From Octopus sinensis (taxonomy: Eukaryota): 64,000 nt of DNA. The position numbers were made by a program, and so were the translations under genes. Of the stretch, positions 24,241 through 37,822 are shown piece after piece (the first letter of the stretch is position 1; every line of letters begins with the position of its first letter). The notes under the pieces are model-generated. The model saw only the letters and a program-made list of their open reading frames with translations, ran no database searches and had not been told where the DNA came from. The DNA lies in contig NC_043011.1 of assembly GCF_006345805.1 (NCBI RefSeq), positions 47,628,464 through 47,692,463 of the forward strand, given 5' to 3'.

Positions 24241-26827
24241 CCATTTTATAAACGAAACTTGTTTATTTCTTTGCTTTTGTTTTTAAACAATTATTTATGT
24301 TATTGCTGTGATTTCTTCGGAAGTGGAATGCTTTTAGAGCTAAGTCTGTCTAATGCCAGACCAAATACTTTACAATATTTTACTTGTTTCAGTCATTTCA
24401 CTGCAACCAAGCTGGGGCATTGCCTTGAAGAGTTTTAGTTAAACAAATCGACCCCAGGACTTATTTTTTAAAGCCTTATTCTGTTGGTCTCTTTTTCCAA
24501 ACTGCTACGTTAAGGGAATTTAAACACACCAACACTGGTTGTTAAGCAGACATAAAGACACACACACATAGATATCTTCTACAAATGTGAGAAATTCTAT
24601 GTGTTTGTGGAGTTCAGCTAACAAACGTTTCGTTAGCTTGCAGATTTTAGTCCATATCATAAGACGAGCAATTTAAGGCATCAAGATCACTCTTCAGCAT
24701 ATTTTTCTACATGACCCCTTTTGAAATCTCCAATGGAACACTAATGTTTGTGGAGTTGTGGATGTGTTTGTAGAGTAGGTAACTCCTCATACATCGTTTT
24801 ATCGATTTTGATGAAACCTGACACGTGAGTAGAACTCACGTCTGGAAACCTCATGGCATACTCAGATTGTTAAAAAAGTCGATAAGAGGGCCCCTGAAAG
24901 GGATCATCATATATATCTAATATATTTTATTTTAAAAATCAAGGTAAATAACCCATGCCCAAGTTGACATGCAGTGAAATTGAACCTGAAACCATGTGGT
25001 TGGGAAGCAAACTTCTTACCACATAGCCATGTCTGAGCCAATATTTAGTTTTGCTACTTTCCTTTTGTGTTCAAACCTCACCACAATAAATTTAGGCTTT
25101 CATTTCTATACAGTCATTAAACAGATTAATTAAGTCAACTGACTTATAACCCCTTCCTAATAAGAACATCGTCCGACTCAAAAAGTGCAAAGCTTCTTTA
25201 GCATCAAAAGAGAATTTTATCTATTACTGGCTCAGCCCACCAAGTAACAGTAAATAATTACTGTGGTATATAGTGTAGATTTTTTATTTTATTTTTAAAA
25301 AAATCTTTTATTTATTTCAGTCACTTGACTGCAGCCATGCTCGAGCATTGCCTTTAGTCAAAACAAATCGACCCCAGGATTTATTCTTTGTAAGCCTAGT
25401 ACTTATTCTATCGGTCTCTTTTGCCGAACCGCTAAGTTATGGGGACATAAACAAACACAGATATACAAACATCTATATATATATACATATATACAATGGG
25501 CCTCTTTCAGTTTCCATCTACCAAATTCACTCACAAGGCTTTGGTTGGCCAGAGGCTATAGTAGAAGACACCTGCCCAAGGTGTCACGCAGTGGGACTGA
25601 ACCCGTAACCATGTGGTTGGTAAGCAAGCTACTTACCACACAGCCACTCCTGCACCTATAAAATATATAGATATGGCTTTGTGCTTAAAATGTTTAATAA
25701 ATATGTCATTCGAAATTCAATTCCACTTTGAGGCATTTGGGTTGATCAACATGTCATAAACAGAATTCAATACATAGTAAGTAGCTTCACTGTTCAGATA
25801 ACAAACGTTTCGTTCGCTTGCAGTTTTTAGTCCATATCATAAGATGAGCAATTTAAGGGATCAGGATAACACTTCAGCATATTTTTCTACGTGACCCCTT
25901 TTGAAATCTCCAATGGAATGCTAATGGTCTCAATGTGCTAATAACCATTAACATAGTTGTTATCATTGGAATCTGCAACATCGTTTCTAGCAATATTTCT
26001 TAATTCTAAACTACCCCATCAGTTAGCATCATTAGCTTCTAATTCACTTCAGTAATTAGGAGACTAATTAGAATAATTAAATGAGTTAACATCTAACTGC
26101 TGACTCAACTACACCATTATCCTTTATTATCACTACAACAGCACAGTCTTTCATTTGGTGTTTCTCCATGCCTTAAGACTTAAAGCCATTGAAATGAAAC
26201 AATGTTCTAATATATCTTCCTGCTTCAATATTCTTCAGTCAAACATCATAATTTCTGTCATGTCAGAATAATCTCATAACCTTTTACTTACGTTAGTCTG
26301 ATATTATAATCTTCATCTCAAGGGTGTAGACTTAACTGTATGTTTAAGAAGTTTGAGTTGAAAATACATGACTGGCTTCAATTTCTTTGTGTAATACACA
26401 GGGTGACCAATATAAGTGGAATTTAGTAGATTGGGACTCTGTGAAAATTGATCATCACAATATATATATATATATATATTTAACTATTATTCTTAACCTG
26501 AAGATTGACTATAATTTTGAATTGAATTCATTTCAATTAAATTTAAATTTAATTGTAATTCAAATTTAATTATACCCATGAAATGTACATAGTTTTTTAC
26601 TTATTATATATTGATTATTCATTTTTATACTTTTTGTGATCTAGTTATATATTTTATAAAAATATTTTATTTGTTATTTAGGTTTTGGTTTATGTCTATC
26701 ATTGTTTGAATTGAATAATAGTTGTTTTATCTCTAATTCATATTTTATATATTTATATTGTGAAATTTGATTTAATACTAAATTGAATTTTTCCCTGTAA
26801 GTTTGGAGTTATACTCCCTAATATTAT

Positions 26828-26869
<42 letters not shown>

Positions 26870-26870
26870 A

Positions 26871-27041
26871 CTTTATTTAAAGCAGCAGAAAATTCAACAA
26901 AACTGTTACTCTGAGTTTCAGGTGAAACTCAGAGTAACAGGTTTTGTTGAATTTTCTGCTGCTTTAAATAAAGCATATTACTCTACCACTAGTATTTGAG
27001 TACTCTTTTTTCCACCTTGTTTCACATTTATGTGTTTACTC

Positions 27042-27043
<2 letters not shown>
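26871..27043. mobile_element. Fold-back pLTR-like remnant (50-bp inverted repeat) between (TA)n arrays
   Basis: 26871-26920 is the reverse complement of 26923-26973 with one indel and a 2-nt loop; the right arm begins tGAAA-CTCaGAG-T-A-acag, resembling the 3' half of a hammerhead. Confidence 0.55.
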
Positions 27044-27092
<49 letters not shown>

Positions 27093-27717
27093 AGCATATG
27101 CATTAAAGAAGGGATGTTAGCAGTTAATACCACTGACAAAATAGTCTAAACAAGGTATTTGACCAGGTCTACTCAACAACAGCAAAAATTAAATCAACAG
27201 AAACAAGTGAGCCAATGGGAGACCGCCTTTATAGGGTAGCTCAATATGCTAAAAATAGCACTTAAATTTCCTTCGGGTCACATCCTATCATCTTACAAAG
27301 GAATGATATACCAAAATAATATAGGCCAAGATACACTAAGTCTGAAAATAAGTCAAAGTGGTCATAGCCTGAATCTGCTGTAGTGAGTCTGTCTTATAGG
27401 AACAGCCACAAAAAAGATGACATCTAATAATATATTCCAAGATATGCTGTGACTTAAAAAAAAGACATTACAATTACAGCTGGAATAACTTTGATTACAA
27501 GTCTGCTCAGTCAGGCTGATATAGTATGAATAAATACTATAAAATCAATTTCAACTACGACTACTACAAACTAATTTAACATAAATATATGACCTTAACT
27601 CTATTTTTGTAAATTTACATCCTGTAACTTCATTAGCTGATGGTCATTTTTGTACAAATGTAATTAATATATATATGTGTATGTGTATGTGTGTATATGT
27701 TTACATATATATGTGTG

Positions 27718-27760
<43 letters not shown>

Positions 27761-27763
27761 ATG

Positions 27764-27828
<65 letters not shown>

Positions 27829-27847
27829 ATTATATATATGTGTGTGT

Positions 27848-27891
<44 letters not shown>

Positions 27892-28902
27892 ATTATATAT
27901 ATGTGTGTGTGTATGTATATATATACATATATATGTATGTGTATATATATATATATATAATATATATATATATGTATGTATGTGTGTATTATATATATGT
28001 GTGCGTGTATGTATATATATGTGTGTATGTATATATATATGTAAATGTGTATGTATATATATGTGTGTGTATGTATATATATATATACATATATGTGTAT
28101 GTGTATATATATATATATGTATGTATGTGTGTATTGTATTGTGTATCAAATACACACCCACCTGACAAAAACATAAAATAACTAAAAAAAAAACTAAAAC
28201 CAAAATGTTTGTCTTACATTGAATTAATGTGACTTATAGGAGATGGTTAGAAAAAAAGTGTAATTTATTGCAACAGGTGAGCATTTATTAGTTTTGAAAT
28301 ATCACCAAGGCTGTAAATGTAGATTATAGTTGTTATCCATTTATTTTATTATTTTCCATCGAGTTTTTTGTAAGTTGTAAGTTTGAAACTGTTTCAGCTG
28401 TTAATCACAGAAAACACTCAGTACTACCAGCCAGGAAAAGAGATTAAAAAAAAGGAAAAGAAAATAGAAGACGAACAAAAGTAAAATTGTAAAGAAAAAA
28501 CGAACTCTCCTCTCCTTACCACTGTTTTTTTTTTTTTGCTTTTTTTTTGTTCTGCTTTGTTTTTTTTTTTTCTCTAACAAATATCTGATTTGGTAAAGAA
28601 ATATCTAATATTCAAAATGATTAATCAATATATATTTATCTAATGGAAATGTGTGATAAATACAGGGTAAAATCTGCAGTATGTAAAAAAAAAAAAAAAA
28701 AAAAAAACCCAAAAAAAAAAACTGGTCGATGGCATGTGGAGGGCAAAAAAAAATTTGTCAATTCAAAACTGAATGTATGTAAAGTTCATTTGCCATAGTG
28801 AGGAATGTAGAGTTCAACACCTGAATTATTTTCCTTCATCTGAGAGTGAGAAGAGAATGCAAACAAGAGGTGTTTTATTTAATTATTTCTTTCTTTGTTT
28901 AG

Positions 28903-29004
28903 GTAGGAAGGCAGTAGACATGAACCTTTACCGAGATGGCTGGGTCGTCATACGCTCACTGCATTCAACTGCCACATGTTTTGTAGCCCACATTTCACAA
29001 CCAT
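28903..29004 (+). CDS. Candidate 102-nt phase 1-1 exon GRKAVDMNLYRDGWVVIRSLHSTATCFVAHISQP
   Basis: Strong acceptor atttctttctttgtttag; donor GTATCTTT; length divisible by 3; weak resemblance to the first BRICHOS Cys region. Confidence 0.3.
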
Positions 29005-29499
29005 GTATCTTTTTTACTCTCTTTTTACTCTTTTTACTTGTTTCAGTCATTTGACTACAGCCATGCTGGAGCACCGCCTTTAGACGAGCAAATCGACCCC
29101 AGGACTTATTCTTTGTAAGCCTGGTACTTATTCTATCAGTCTCTTTTGCCGAACTGCTAAGTTACGGAGACGTAAACACACCAGCATCAGTTGTCAAGCG
29201 ATGTTGCGGGGACGATCACAGACACACAAACATATACACACACATACATATACACACATACATATACATATATACGACAGGCTTCTATCAGTTTCTGTCT
29301 ACCAAATCCACTCACAAGGCTTTGGTTGGCCCAAGGCTATAGTAGAAGGCACTTGCCCAAGGTGCCCCGCAGTGGGACTGAACCCGGAACCATGTGGTTG
29401 GTACGTGAGCTACTTATCACACAGCCACTCCTGTGCCTATATATATATATTCTTTTATTCTTTTCAGCCATGCTGTTGCGCTCATGCTGGAGCACCACC

Positions 29500-29900
29500 A
29501 CAGTTTTGCTGATTTCCTCAGGCTTGGGAGTTTCACACCACCACTCTTGTATGTGCTTCTGTTCCAGCAACTGGCTCATTTGGTGCATGAAGAAGTTTGA
29601 TTCCACCGTTCTCATCTGTACTTCATGCTGGGCAGTTGGTTCATCAAGTATTTTGGAAAGGAGGATATCTAGTTCCTTTTTAAAGACACCTACATCCACA
29701 TTAAGTAGATTTCTTAATTGTTGTGTCAGGGCATTGAAGAGCTGTGGACTTTTGAACCCTAGGCTGTTGTAGTACCTGGTCCTAAATTTAGATGGTGTGG
29801 ATGGTGCCTTTTGTACAATACAATGATGTACTGTTCTGGCATTTGCACAACATTCAGTGCTGAAATTAAGCACTAGCTCTTCTGGAATTTTCTATATGTA
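29500..29900 (-). mobile_element. CR1/L2-group LINE 3' fragment (end of ORF2)
   Basis: ORF 29873-29337 contains RTRYYNSLGFKSPQLFNALTQQLRNL..VGVFKKELDILLSKILDEP..MRTVESN, the typical C-terminal block of such RT proteins; the rest of the ORF is SINE read-through. Confidence 0.8.
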
Positions 29901-30212
29901 GATTATTACATATCTTTCCTGCCTTCACTCCAGATAGTAAAGACATAGTTTTTTTCAGCCTCTACCTGTGGCACATCTGCTGCAGTGTTTCAATTTTTTC
30001 AGTGTATTGATGTTGGGCAACTTCAAGCTCTGCTGTTAGTTTGGCACTATGTGATGACTATAGCTGAGAGCAGAAATCCACTTACACACACATATAAATC
30101 AATGCCAGTAGGGAAAACAGATATGAAATGATGATATATATATATATATATATGTGTACACATACATATATACATACATATACATATATATATATATACA
30201 TTCACATACATA

Positions 30213-30246
<34 letters not shown>

Positions 30247-30548
30247 CATACATACACATACACATATATATACATACACATACATATATATATATACATA
30301 CATACATACACTCCATATATATATATATATATACATACACATATATATATATACAAACATACACATATATATATACACATATATATATACATACACATAT
30401 ATATATATATATATACACATACATATATATATATACACACATACAGACTCACACACACATATGTATGTATATATAATGTATGTATGTATGTGTGTGTGTG
30501 TGTATTTCTGTGTATGCATGTACATATATAGTTATACAAATGTATATT

Positions 30549-30621
<73 letters not shown>

Positions 30622-33324
30622 TGGAGATGAAAGATTATAGTAGTATTTCACTTTTGTTAGTGATGAGACAACTATTATAAGAGAACTGTTAAACATGCAT
30701 ACAACATCTACTTATCAAAGTTAACTTCTATGCCAAAAACAAAAAAAAAAATCGAAAAAGAAAAAAAAGGAAAATAAAAGCTTTTATCTATTTTAATTTC
30801 AAATAAACTCAAAGAACAGACCAGACAAACTTTATTAGTCTCATAATGGTCTTTTTCTATTTTTTGTACCTTTTTTTCTGTTATGTTTTTGAAATATTTT
30901 ATTGACTGCTTCCTCCATATACATTTTTCTTTGTAATTTGAAACATTATATAACTGAATAAAACTGCAATAATTTGAAATGGAAGCAAGATAAGGGAACT
31001 CTTAAAATTATCAAACATTTTTAAAAACATGCAAACACATACATTTAGTCATACATACATTTATGTATGGATGTATGTATGTATGTACAGCCTGACTAAA
31101 AAATAAAAAATTATGTATTTATAACAATCACTTTTAGCATTTATCACAATGCAATAAATATGTGATTGTATCTTTTTGATCAGAATAATTCAATAATGGT
31201 TTAAATATTGAAAGAAATGTCCATAAAATGACAATAAAGCTTTCTGTTTTATTGGTTGGCTGTGACGCTTGATACCTTTCATTCATAATTTCTTATTCAC
31301 ATTCCATGAAGAAGAAAAGGTTATGATTTGCTACACAAAGATGGTCTACAATTTAAAGGAAGACCTAATGGGTATAAACTGACATTATTGTGAGAAATGT
31401 GCCACTTGTGAATCCAAAGATCCGGTCATGAATGATGTGATAAAAATTATTATAATGACTCGTGCAAAGATGTAAAGACCACACATTTTGGGAAAGATCA
31501 ATTAAATAAATTGGCCCTCCACTTAGTACTTGAGTACTATCCTTATCAAAACCAGTATAGACTAGTTTGTTACTTTATCAACACCAGTATTGGCTAGTAT
31601 GTTACTTTATCAACACCAGTACTATACTGATATTTTATTACTTTATGAAATAAAGTACCAGGCAAGAATTGAGGCCTGATAAAGTACCACATATACTGAT
31701 TAGAACTGAGGTGTGCTAAAGTACCACTGGTATCTCAGCATTTGAGTGGAACTTAAAAAAAAAAATAGATTACCAATCACATAACCTTTCTATATGAATC
31801 ATACTTTATTATACTTCAGTTCTTGACTAGCACTTAATTTTAACATCTTTAGAAGGATGAAGTGTAAAATTGATAATGATAACAGCAATTCTTAATTACA
31901 TAAAAGACTGCAAATTTTCGGTGATGGGGTATACTCGGCTTAATCAACTTCAGTATCTGGCTGGTTCTCATTAATAAAATCTTTGATGATCTCTCATAGT
32001 GAACTAACAAATATAGCTTTGCCAAAACCTTATCCCCAAAACTAGCCTTCCTTTTTAGGGCAAGAAGATACTTCAGCCCTGATCATTTGCTGACTCTTGA
32101 CAATATAGCAATGCTACAAAACCACAAAAGAAGATGGTACTTTTATGCACAGACACAAACATTCTAGACCTACTCCATAAATTTAAAATAAAAATTGCCA
32201 CCAACCTGAACAGCAGAGATTCACTCACAAATATTCTACCCCAACCAATTTATAGATGTTGTACTCTTTCTTATCTCTGTCACTTCTGCTGCAACTATAA
32301 TGGCCTGTGTCCCTCTCAGCTCGCTATATACCAATCCTATAGCATCCATTCATTTCATTTACTCTCATCACCTCTGCTGTCATGTCCCAGTGATTCATTA
32401 CATTTTTCACGCTCTTCATCTACAGAACTGCTATCTTCAGAAATTCTTTCTCTAGCCATGTTTTTTTACCAACATTTAAATATTCAAACTGAAACCAATT
32501 GTATTGATCCTTCCAGTTTATGCGCAGGAGGCCTGATGCCAAACTACTCCTCCTCCTCTGACTAGTTTATAAAAAATGAGTTTCTAGTTCAATGTGATAT
32601 CACACTCCACTGAAATATCTGTATATAAAATAATATCAGTCTGTGTCTGATATCCAACAATAGAACATGTCCAGTATGGAAAATTTTCTTCACTTTCCAT
32701 TTAGCTAATCCTGTAGCTCCAATTCTGCTCACATTGGATCAAAAGTCTTCAATGGTTTGCTTCACAATTACATGGTTCTAAGATCAAGCCCACAATAATG
32801 TTCCTTGAGCAAGTATCTTCCACTATTATCTCAAAAGTCAGCCAATGTTAAAATTAGAGGAATTGGTGAACACACTTCTTGCATGATATAATCTGAGCAA
32901 TAAAACAATTTTATTATGTTAAATCTTCAGTGACCCTTATGAAGAGCCCTTTGTTTTCAATATAGTGGGATACAAAAGAACCTTGCTTGTATGTGACTGG
33001 AAGAGCACCCAACTACAAAAATATTGCTGTAAATAAATACAGTTTATGCTAACATAGTACAAGGAATATAAAATGAATGAACGATGTACATTTGACCTCC
33101 TTATTTAATGCAACATTTCATTTCTTATTCTTTTAACAAGACGATATGATCAAATAGAAATTTCCCTGCTAATGATCTCAAAGCAGTTCTCTTGTTGGCT
33201 CATTATTTACCAGGTTTGAAATTCTATGTCTAAATTAAAACATCTCCATTATCACATAGTTTAGTATATACTGAAACAAATATGAGGAAACTAGTGATGG
33301 TATGTGGAATTGAAATTCAAAGAT

Positions 33325-34144
33325 TTCATGAGCAGGGAAGCATAATATGCCTCATTAACTGTGGTACCCTTTGCCAGAAAATCCATCATCACTACTCCGT
33401 GCTGGTCCCAAAAGACTGTGAGTAGCACCTCACCTGCTGAGGGCCATATACAAGTCTTATTTGGAGGTGGTGAGTTATCATACTTCCATTACTTCGACTG
33501 GACTTTAGTCTCAGGATCATAGTGATGGACCCATAGTTCATCCTGTGTGATAAGTCTGCTTGAAAAGTTTTCCTCATTTCATTGGCATATTTCCATGAGA
33601 GCCGGTGAGCAACTGACTTGTTCCTACTTCTGAAAATTTGTGAGCATCTGAGGAATCCATTGTACAGACAACTTCTGTAGGTGCAAATGGTCGTGAATGA
33701 TTTTGGGCTAGTTGTTGAATAGTTATGTGGCGATCATCCAAATAGTGGCTTCCACTTTATGGATGGTGTCATCATCAATGGAAGAATGTGGTCGTCCAGG
33801 AATAGGAACAGTTTCCACCAATGTCTGACAACATTTGAACTGGCGATGCCAGTGCTTCACTACATCATGTGATGGGGCATCGTCACTATAAACTTCTTTC
33901 ATCTCATTGAAAATCTCTTTTGGTGTACGACCTTTCAAGTATAAGAACCTGACCACTGATCTGCATTCAACTGCTTCCATTATAACACCTTAGTCCACTT
34001 CTGCAACCATAAAAGACAAACAACTACTAGTGGAAAGCTACAATTTACAATGGACATGTAGAGGCGTATAATTATACCTTTACAAATTCCATTTCCTACA
34101 ATAACCAAACATAGGTCAGGAGAAATCTTTAATGAATACCCTTC
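33325..34144 (-). mobile_element. Mariner transposon, 3'-truncated, transposase pseudogene
   Basis: ORF 33980-33723 MEAVECRSVVRFLYLKGRTPKEIFNEMKEVY..HDVVKHWHRQFK..PGRP is a Mos1-type HTH. Downstream frame reads SRLITQDELWVHHYDPETK..GEVLLTVFWDQHGVVMMDFL..GTTVNEAYYASLL (catalytic-domain N-half) with in-frame stops. TIR-like gaagggtattcattaaag at ~34144. Confidence 0.93.
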
Positions 34145-34239
34145 CTGGCTAAGTTTATATATTATGAAGAGAAGAATCTAACATCTTTGGACACACTCTG
34201 TATCTATAAAAGTAAAATAAAATTCCTCTTTGTCTCACT

Positions 34240-34780
34240 CAGGTCACCCATTTGTTAGTCGGATGTGAAACAAGAAATCGATCTTCAACCCAGTGTATAG
34301 TATACTACCGAAACCTATTACAATGCAGTGCAATGAAAGCTTAACAAAACGTATTTATTTTGGCAGCAGTCAATTGTATTTTCGAAGATTTAATTTAGAA
34401 ATAATCTCAGTAAGATATAGTGGAAAACACTCCTTCTTTGAATGAAACGAACTCTCAGGCTAAAACTTTAATAAACTCAAAAAGGAAGAGTGTAAGGAAG
34501 CCAATCCCAAATATAGGGCACACATACACTCTAGGTCACCCATTTGTTAATCGGATGTAAGTCAAAAAATCTCTCTTCAGCCCAGGGTGTATTAAACTAC
34601 CAAACCTTATACACTATACAGTACAATGAAAGCTTAACAAAATGTATTTATTTTTGCCACAGTTAATTGTATTTTTAATGATTTAGTTTAGAAATAATCT
34701 TTGCAAGATACAATGGAAAACACACCATGTTTTTACAAAAAGAACTTTTGGGCTAAAACTTTAATAATATCAATTGCAGC
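34240..34780. repeat. Old diverged tandem duplication (~290 bp period)
   Basis: ggtcacccatttgtta.tcggatgt..aatgaaagcttaacaaaa..ggctaaaactttaataa occurs at ~34242 and ~34533; a partial third unit (gaagccaatcccaaa) lies at ~34935. Confidence 0.75.
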
Positions 34781-35020
34781 GTGGAAGGTGTTTATAAGCC
34801 ATTTAAGAAACACACAAAAACCGTTAGATTCACTTCAACATTTGAATTTAATTTGCCAAAATATTTTCATCGCTTTGAGACCGTGACTTGTTCACTGACA
34901 AAATTTAATAATATCAAAAAAGAAAATTACAAAGAAGCCAATCCCAAACAAGGAGTATAAATATATTCCCTTAACATTAAAACATCAAAAAACAACAGTA
35001 AAACCTTAGTTTTTCTGCAG

Positions 35021-35345
35021 CAAAATCCCAACTTCTCCAAGGGTCTCTGAAAAATAGTCCTTTGTTCTGCTTTCATGGTAGACCTGTTGTTCGTTATATT
35101 TAGCGAAGATCTGATACCTTCTTTCACAGAATAAATAGATTGCTCCATATAAAATGTTTTCTAAACTCTAAGAGAGCTTAGCTCTGACTTCACAAGTTTA
35201 AGTAAATATGAGATAATTTTCCTCCTGGGGGATTTCTTTAAACTCGTTACTCTAAACTAATGATAACATTCGTTAATTAAACAATCCACCCACAGCTTTC
35301 AGCTGTCCATTAGGCACACTGATTCTATATTACCTGTTTACAGAG
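35021..35345 (+). CDS. Two candidate exons: 35021-35077 (KSQLLQGSLKNSPLFCFH) and 35296-35345 (FSCPLGTLILYYLFTE)
   Basis: Acceptors ccttagtttttctgcag and ccacccacag; donors GTAGAC (weak) and GAG|GTAAGT (strong); phases 1-1 and 1-0 are compatible. Confidence 0.25.
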
Positions 35346-36223
35346 GTAAGTGGAATATGCAAAGCAGGTTATTTGAGAGTTAAAGTATATTAGTTATAGG
35401 CATAGCACTATGTAGTTACCGGATATGAACTTTAGTTACTTTGACCAATAAGCTAATTCATGTTTAACTTGTCCGGTCACTTATGTCTCTGAACAAAGCA
35501 TGCAATACAAGGAAAATTACTAACCAGTCTTGTAATAACTGCAAGGTGACTGTTTCAAAACTAATGTTGATTTCGATCAACTCCACCACCACCACCACCA
35601 CCACCACTAATTCGACACATACCAACCACTAATGCACTCTGCCCCCTGCCCTGTATCTAACCAAACCAAAGACCAGTGATTGACAGTGGGATGTCCATTT
35701 AAAGATTATGCGAGAGAACGGATATGGCATTGCTTAGGCTGAGATAATGGGTTCGGTTTTGATTTATCTGCTACACACAACATAGGCAATATGCACGAAA
35801 GGAAATGAAACCATCACACTATGGGGCTAATAGCATTGTATATCTTCTTGCAAACAAACATTAAATAAGGCAAGAAGCAACAACAAAAATAAAACAAAGT
35901 TAAAAAGCAAAAACAAAAAACAATAAATGATTAAGTGAATAGTAAAATGATGAAAGTCCAATAATAGCTAAAATACTATTGATTATAGACGACTTACATG
36001 GGTCTCTTTTTATAATTTTTTTAAAGCTTGTTTGGGGTGGTTCGTTCCTTATTTGACAGTTTAAATCAGGTAGACATGTCTTGTGGAAAAGAAATCTAAT
36101 TATTTCACAAGATGCATTTCATCAATTTGAAAGTTACCAATATTCCAAACAGTTTATATACATACACAGGCACACACATATATCACAAGCATATATATAT
36201 ATATATGTGTGTGTGTGTATATA

Positions 36224-36277
<54 letters not shown>

Positions 36278-36513
36278 TATAACGTATATTTATATTATAT
36301 ATGTAACATATGTATATGACATATATATGTTATATATATATACACACACACGCATACGAAAATGCATATTATGTATTTATATGTGTATACATAAATATAT
36401 ACATCCACACGCACTGGATGTAGATGCATAGAAAGTGTGTGTGTGTGTACATATATGTAGGTGTATATATATATATATGTGTGTGTGTGTATATATATAT
36501 ATATACATATATG

Positions 36514-36583
<70 letters not shown>

Positions 36584-36589
36584 TGTATG

Positions 36590-36626
<37 letters not shown>

Positions 36627-36629
36627 TCT

Positions 36630-36872
36630 AGATGAACTTTTTTCTTTACTGTTGGACATCAATACAGAGCATATCATTCAAACTGAAGAATCACAACATG
36701 TTGTTCACAGGAAGATGCCAATCTTAGTCTTTGGCCTCCTGGGGATGAGAACATTAATGGAACCTGTGCATAGGATAATAGCTACTTACGACCATATTCA
36801 GCCAAGTGCTAACCTTTATCTTCCTAATTACAAATTCAATTTATTATTATTATTATTATATTATTATTATTA

Positions 36873-36932
<60 letters not shown>

Positions 36933-37300
36933 TATTATTATTATTATTATTATTATTAGTGTTGCTGTTATTATTAGAGGAAGTCATTATCACTTGGAAA
37001 ATCTGTTGTGCGCCTTTTGTGTACAATCGTAGCATTGACACTGAATGGAACCATTCTTCTACAAAAGCGAAGCCAAACAGAGAACAGCGCAAGTTTGTGG
37101 AGTTCTTGGTCTTGTAGAGTTTCAAAGTAACTGATAAATAGCTTCAGTTGATGATAAATAGAAGATAGAGCATCGTTCAAGCCAATAAATGCAGTCCTTT
37201 TTGTGATCATTAGCAGTACTTTTGTGATAAGCAGATCACGGATTTCTCAGACAAATAATTAACTTCCATAGATAAGTTCTGTCAGCAAAAGAATTCAAGT
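36630..37300 (-). mobile_element. Heavily decayed RTE (BovB-like) reverse-transcriptase fragment split by an (ATT)n array
   Basis: Frameshifted minus-strand motifs ICLSQ/KVLLMITKR, STEAIYQL, FAFVEEWFHSV and KIG..NNM..SNSKE align in order with RTE RT motifs (ISLISHASKV, ST.D.I, F.DY.KAFDSV, NNLRYADD). Confidence 0.5.
36840..36960. repeat. (ATT)n microsatellite
   Basis: Direct inspection. Confidence 0.98.
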
Positions 37301-37785
37301 GTGAAATTTCTCAAATTCTTGACAGTGTAGGACAATGAATTGGTCGAGTCAATGTTTTCTATAAAAGCAAATAATGAAAACGTGTTTTCATTTTCTTTAG
37401 CATTGCACTGTAGCAAATAAGAACAGAGAATTATCTATCTTTCTCTCTATCTGTGTGCATACCCATACAAACACACACGTATTCACATAGGCATGCACTA
37501 CACCTATTAATACATATATATAGATGTAAGCACATTATCTATGTGTGTATGCACATCTCTCTCTCTCTCTCTCTCTCTCTTTATATATATATATATATAT
37601 ATAATATATATATATATATATTATATGTATATATATGTATATATGTATATATATATATATGTATATATATATATGTATATATATATGTATATATATACAT
37701 ATATATATATACATATACTATATATATATGCATGTGTATATATATATATGTGTGTATATATATATGTGGTGTGTGTATATATATA

Positions 37786-37822
<37 letters not shown>

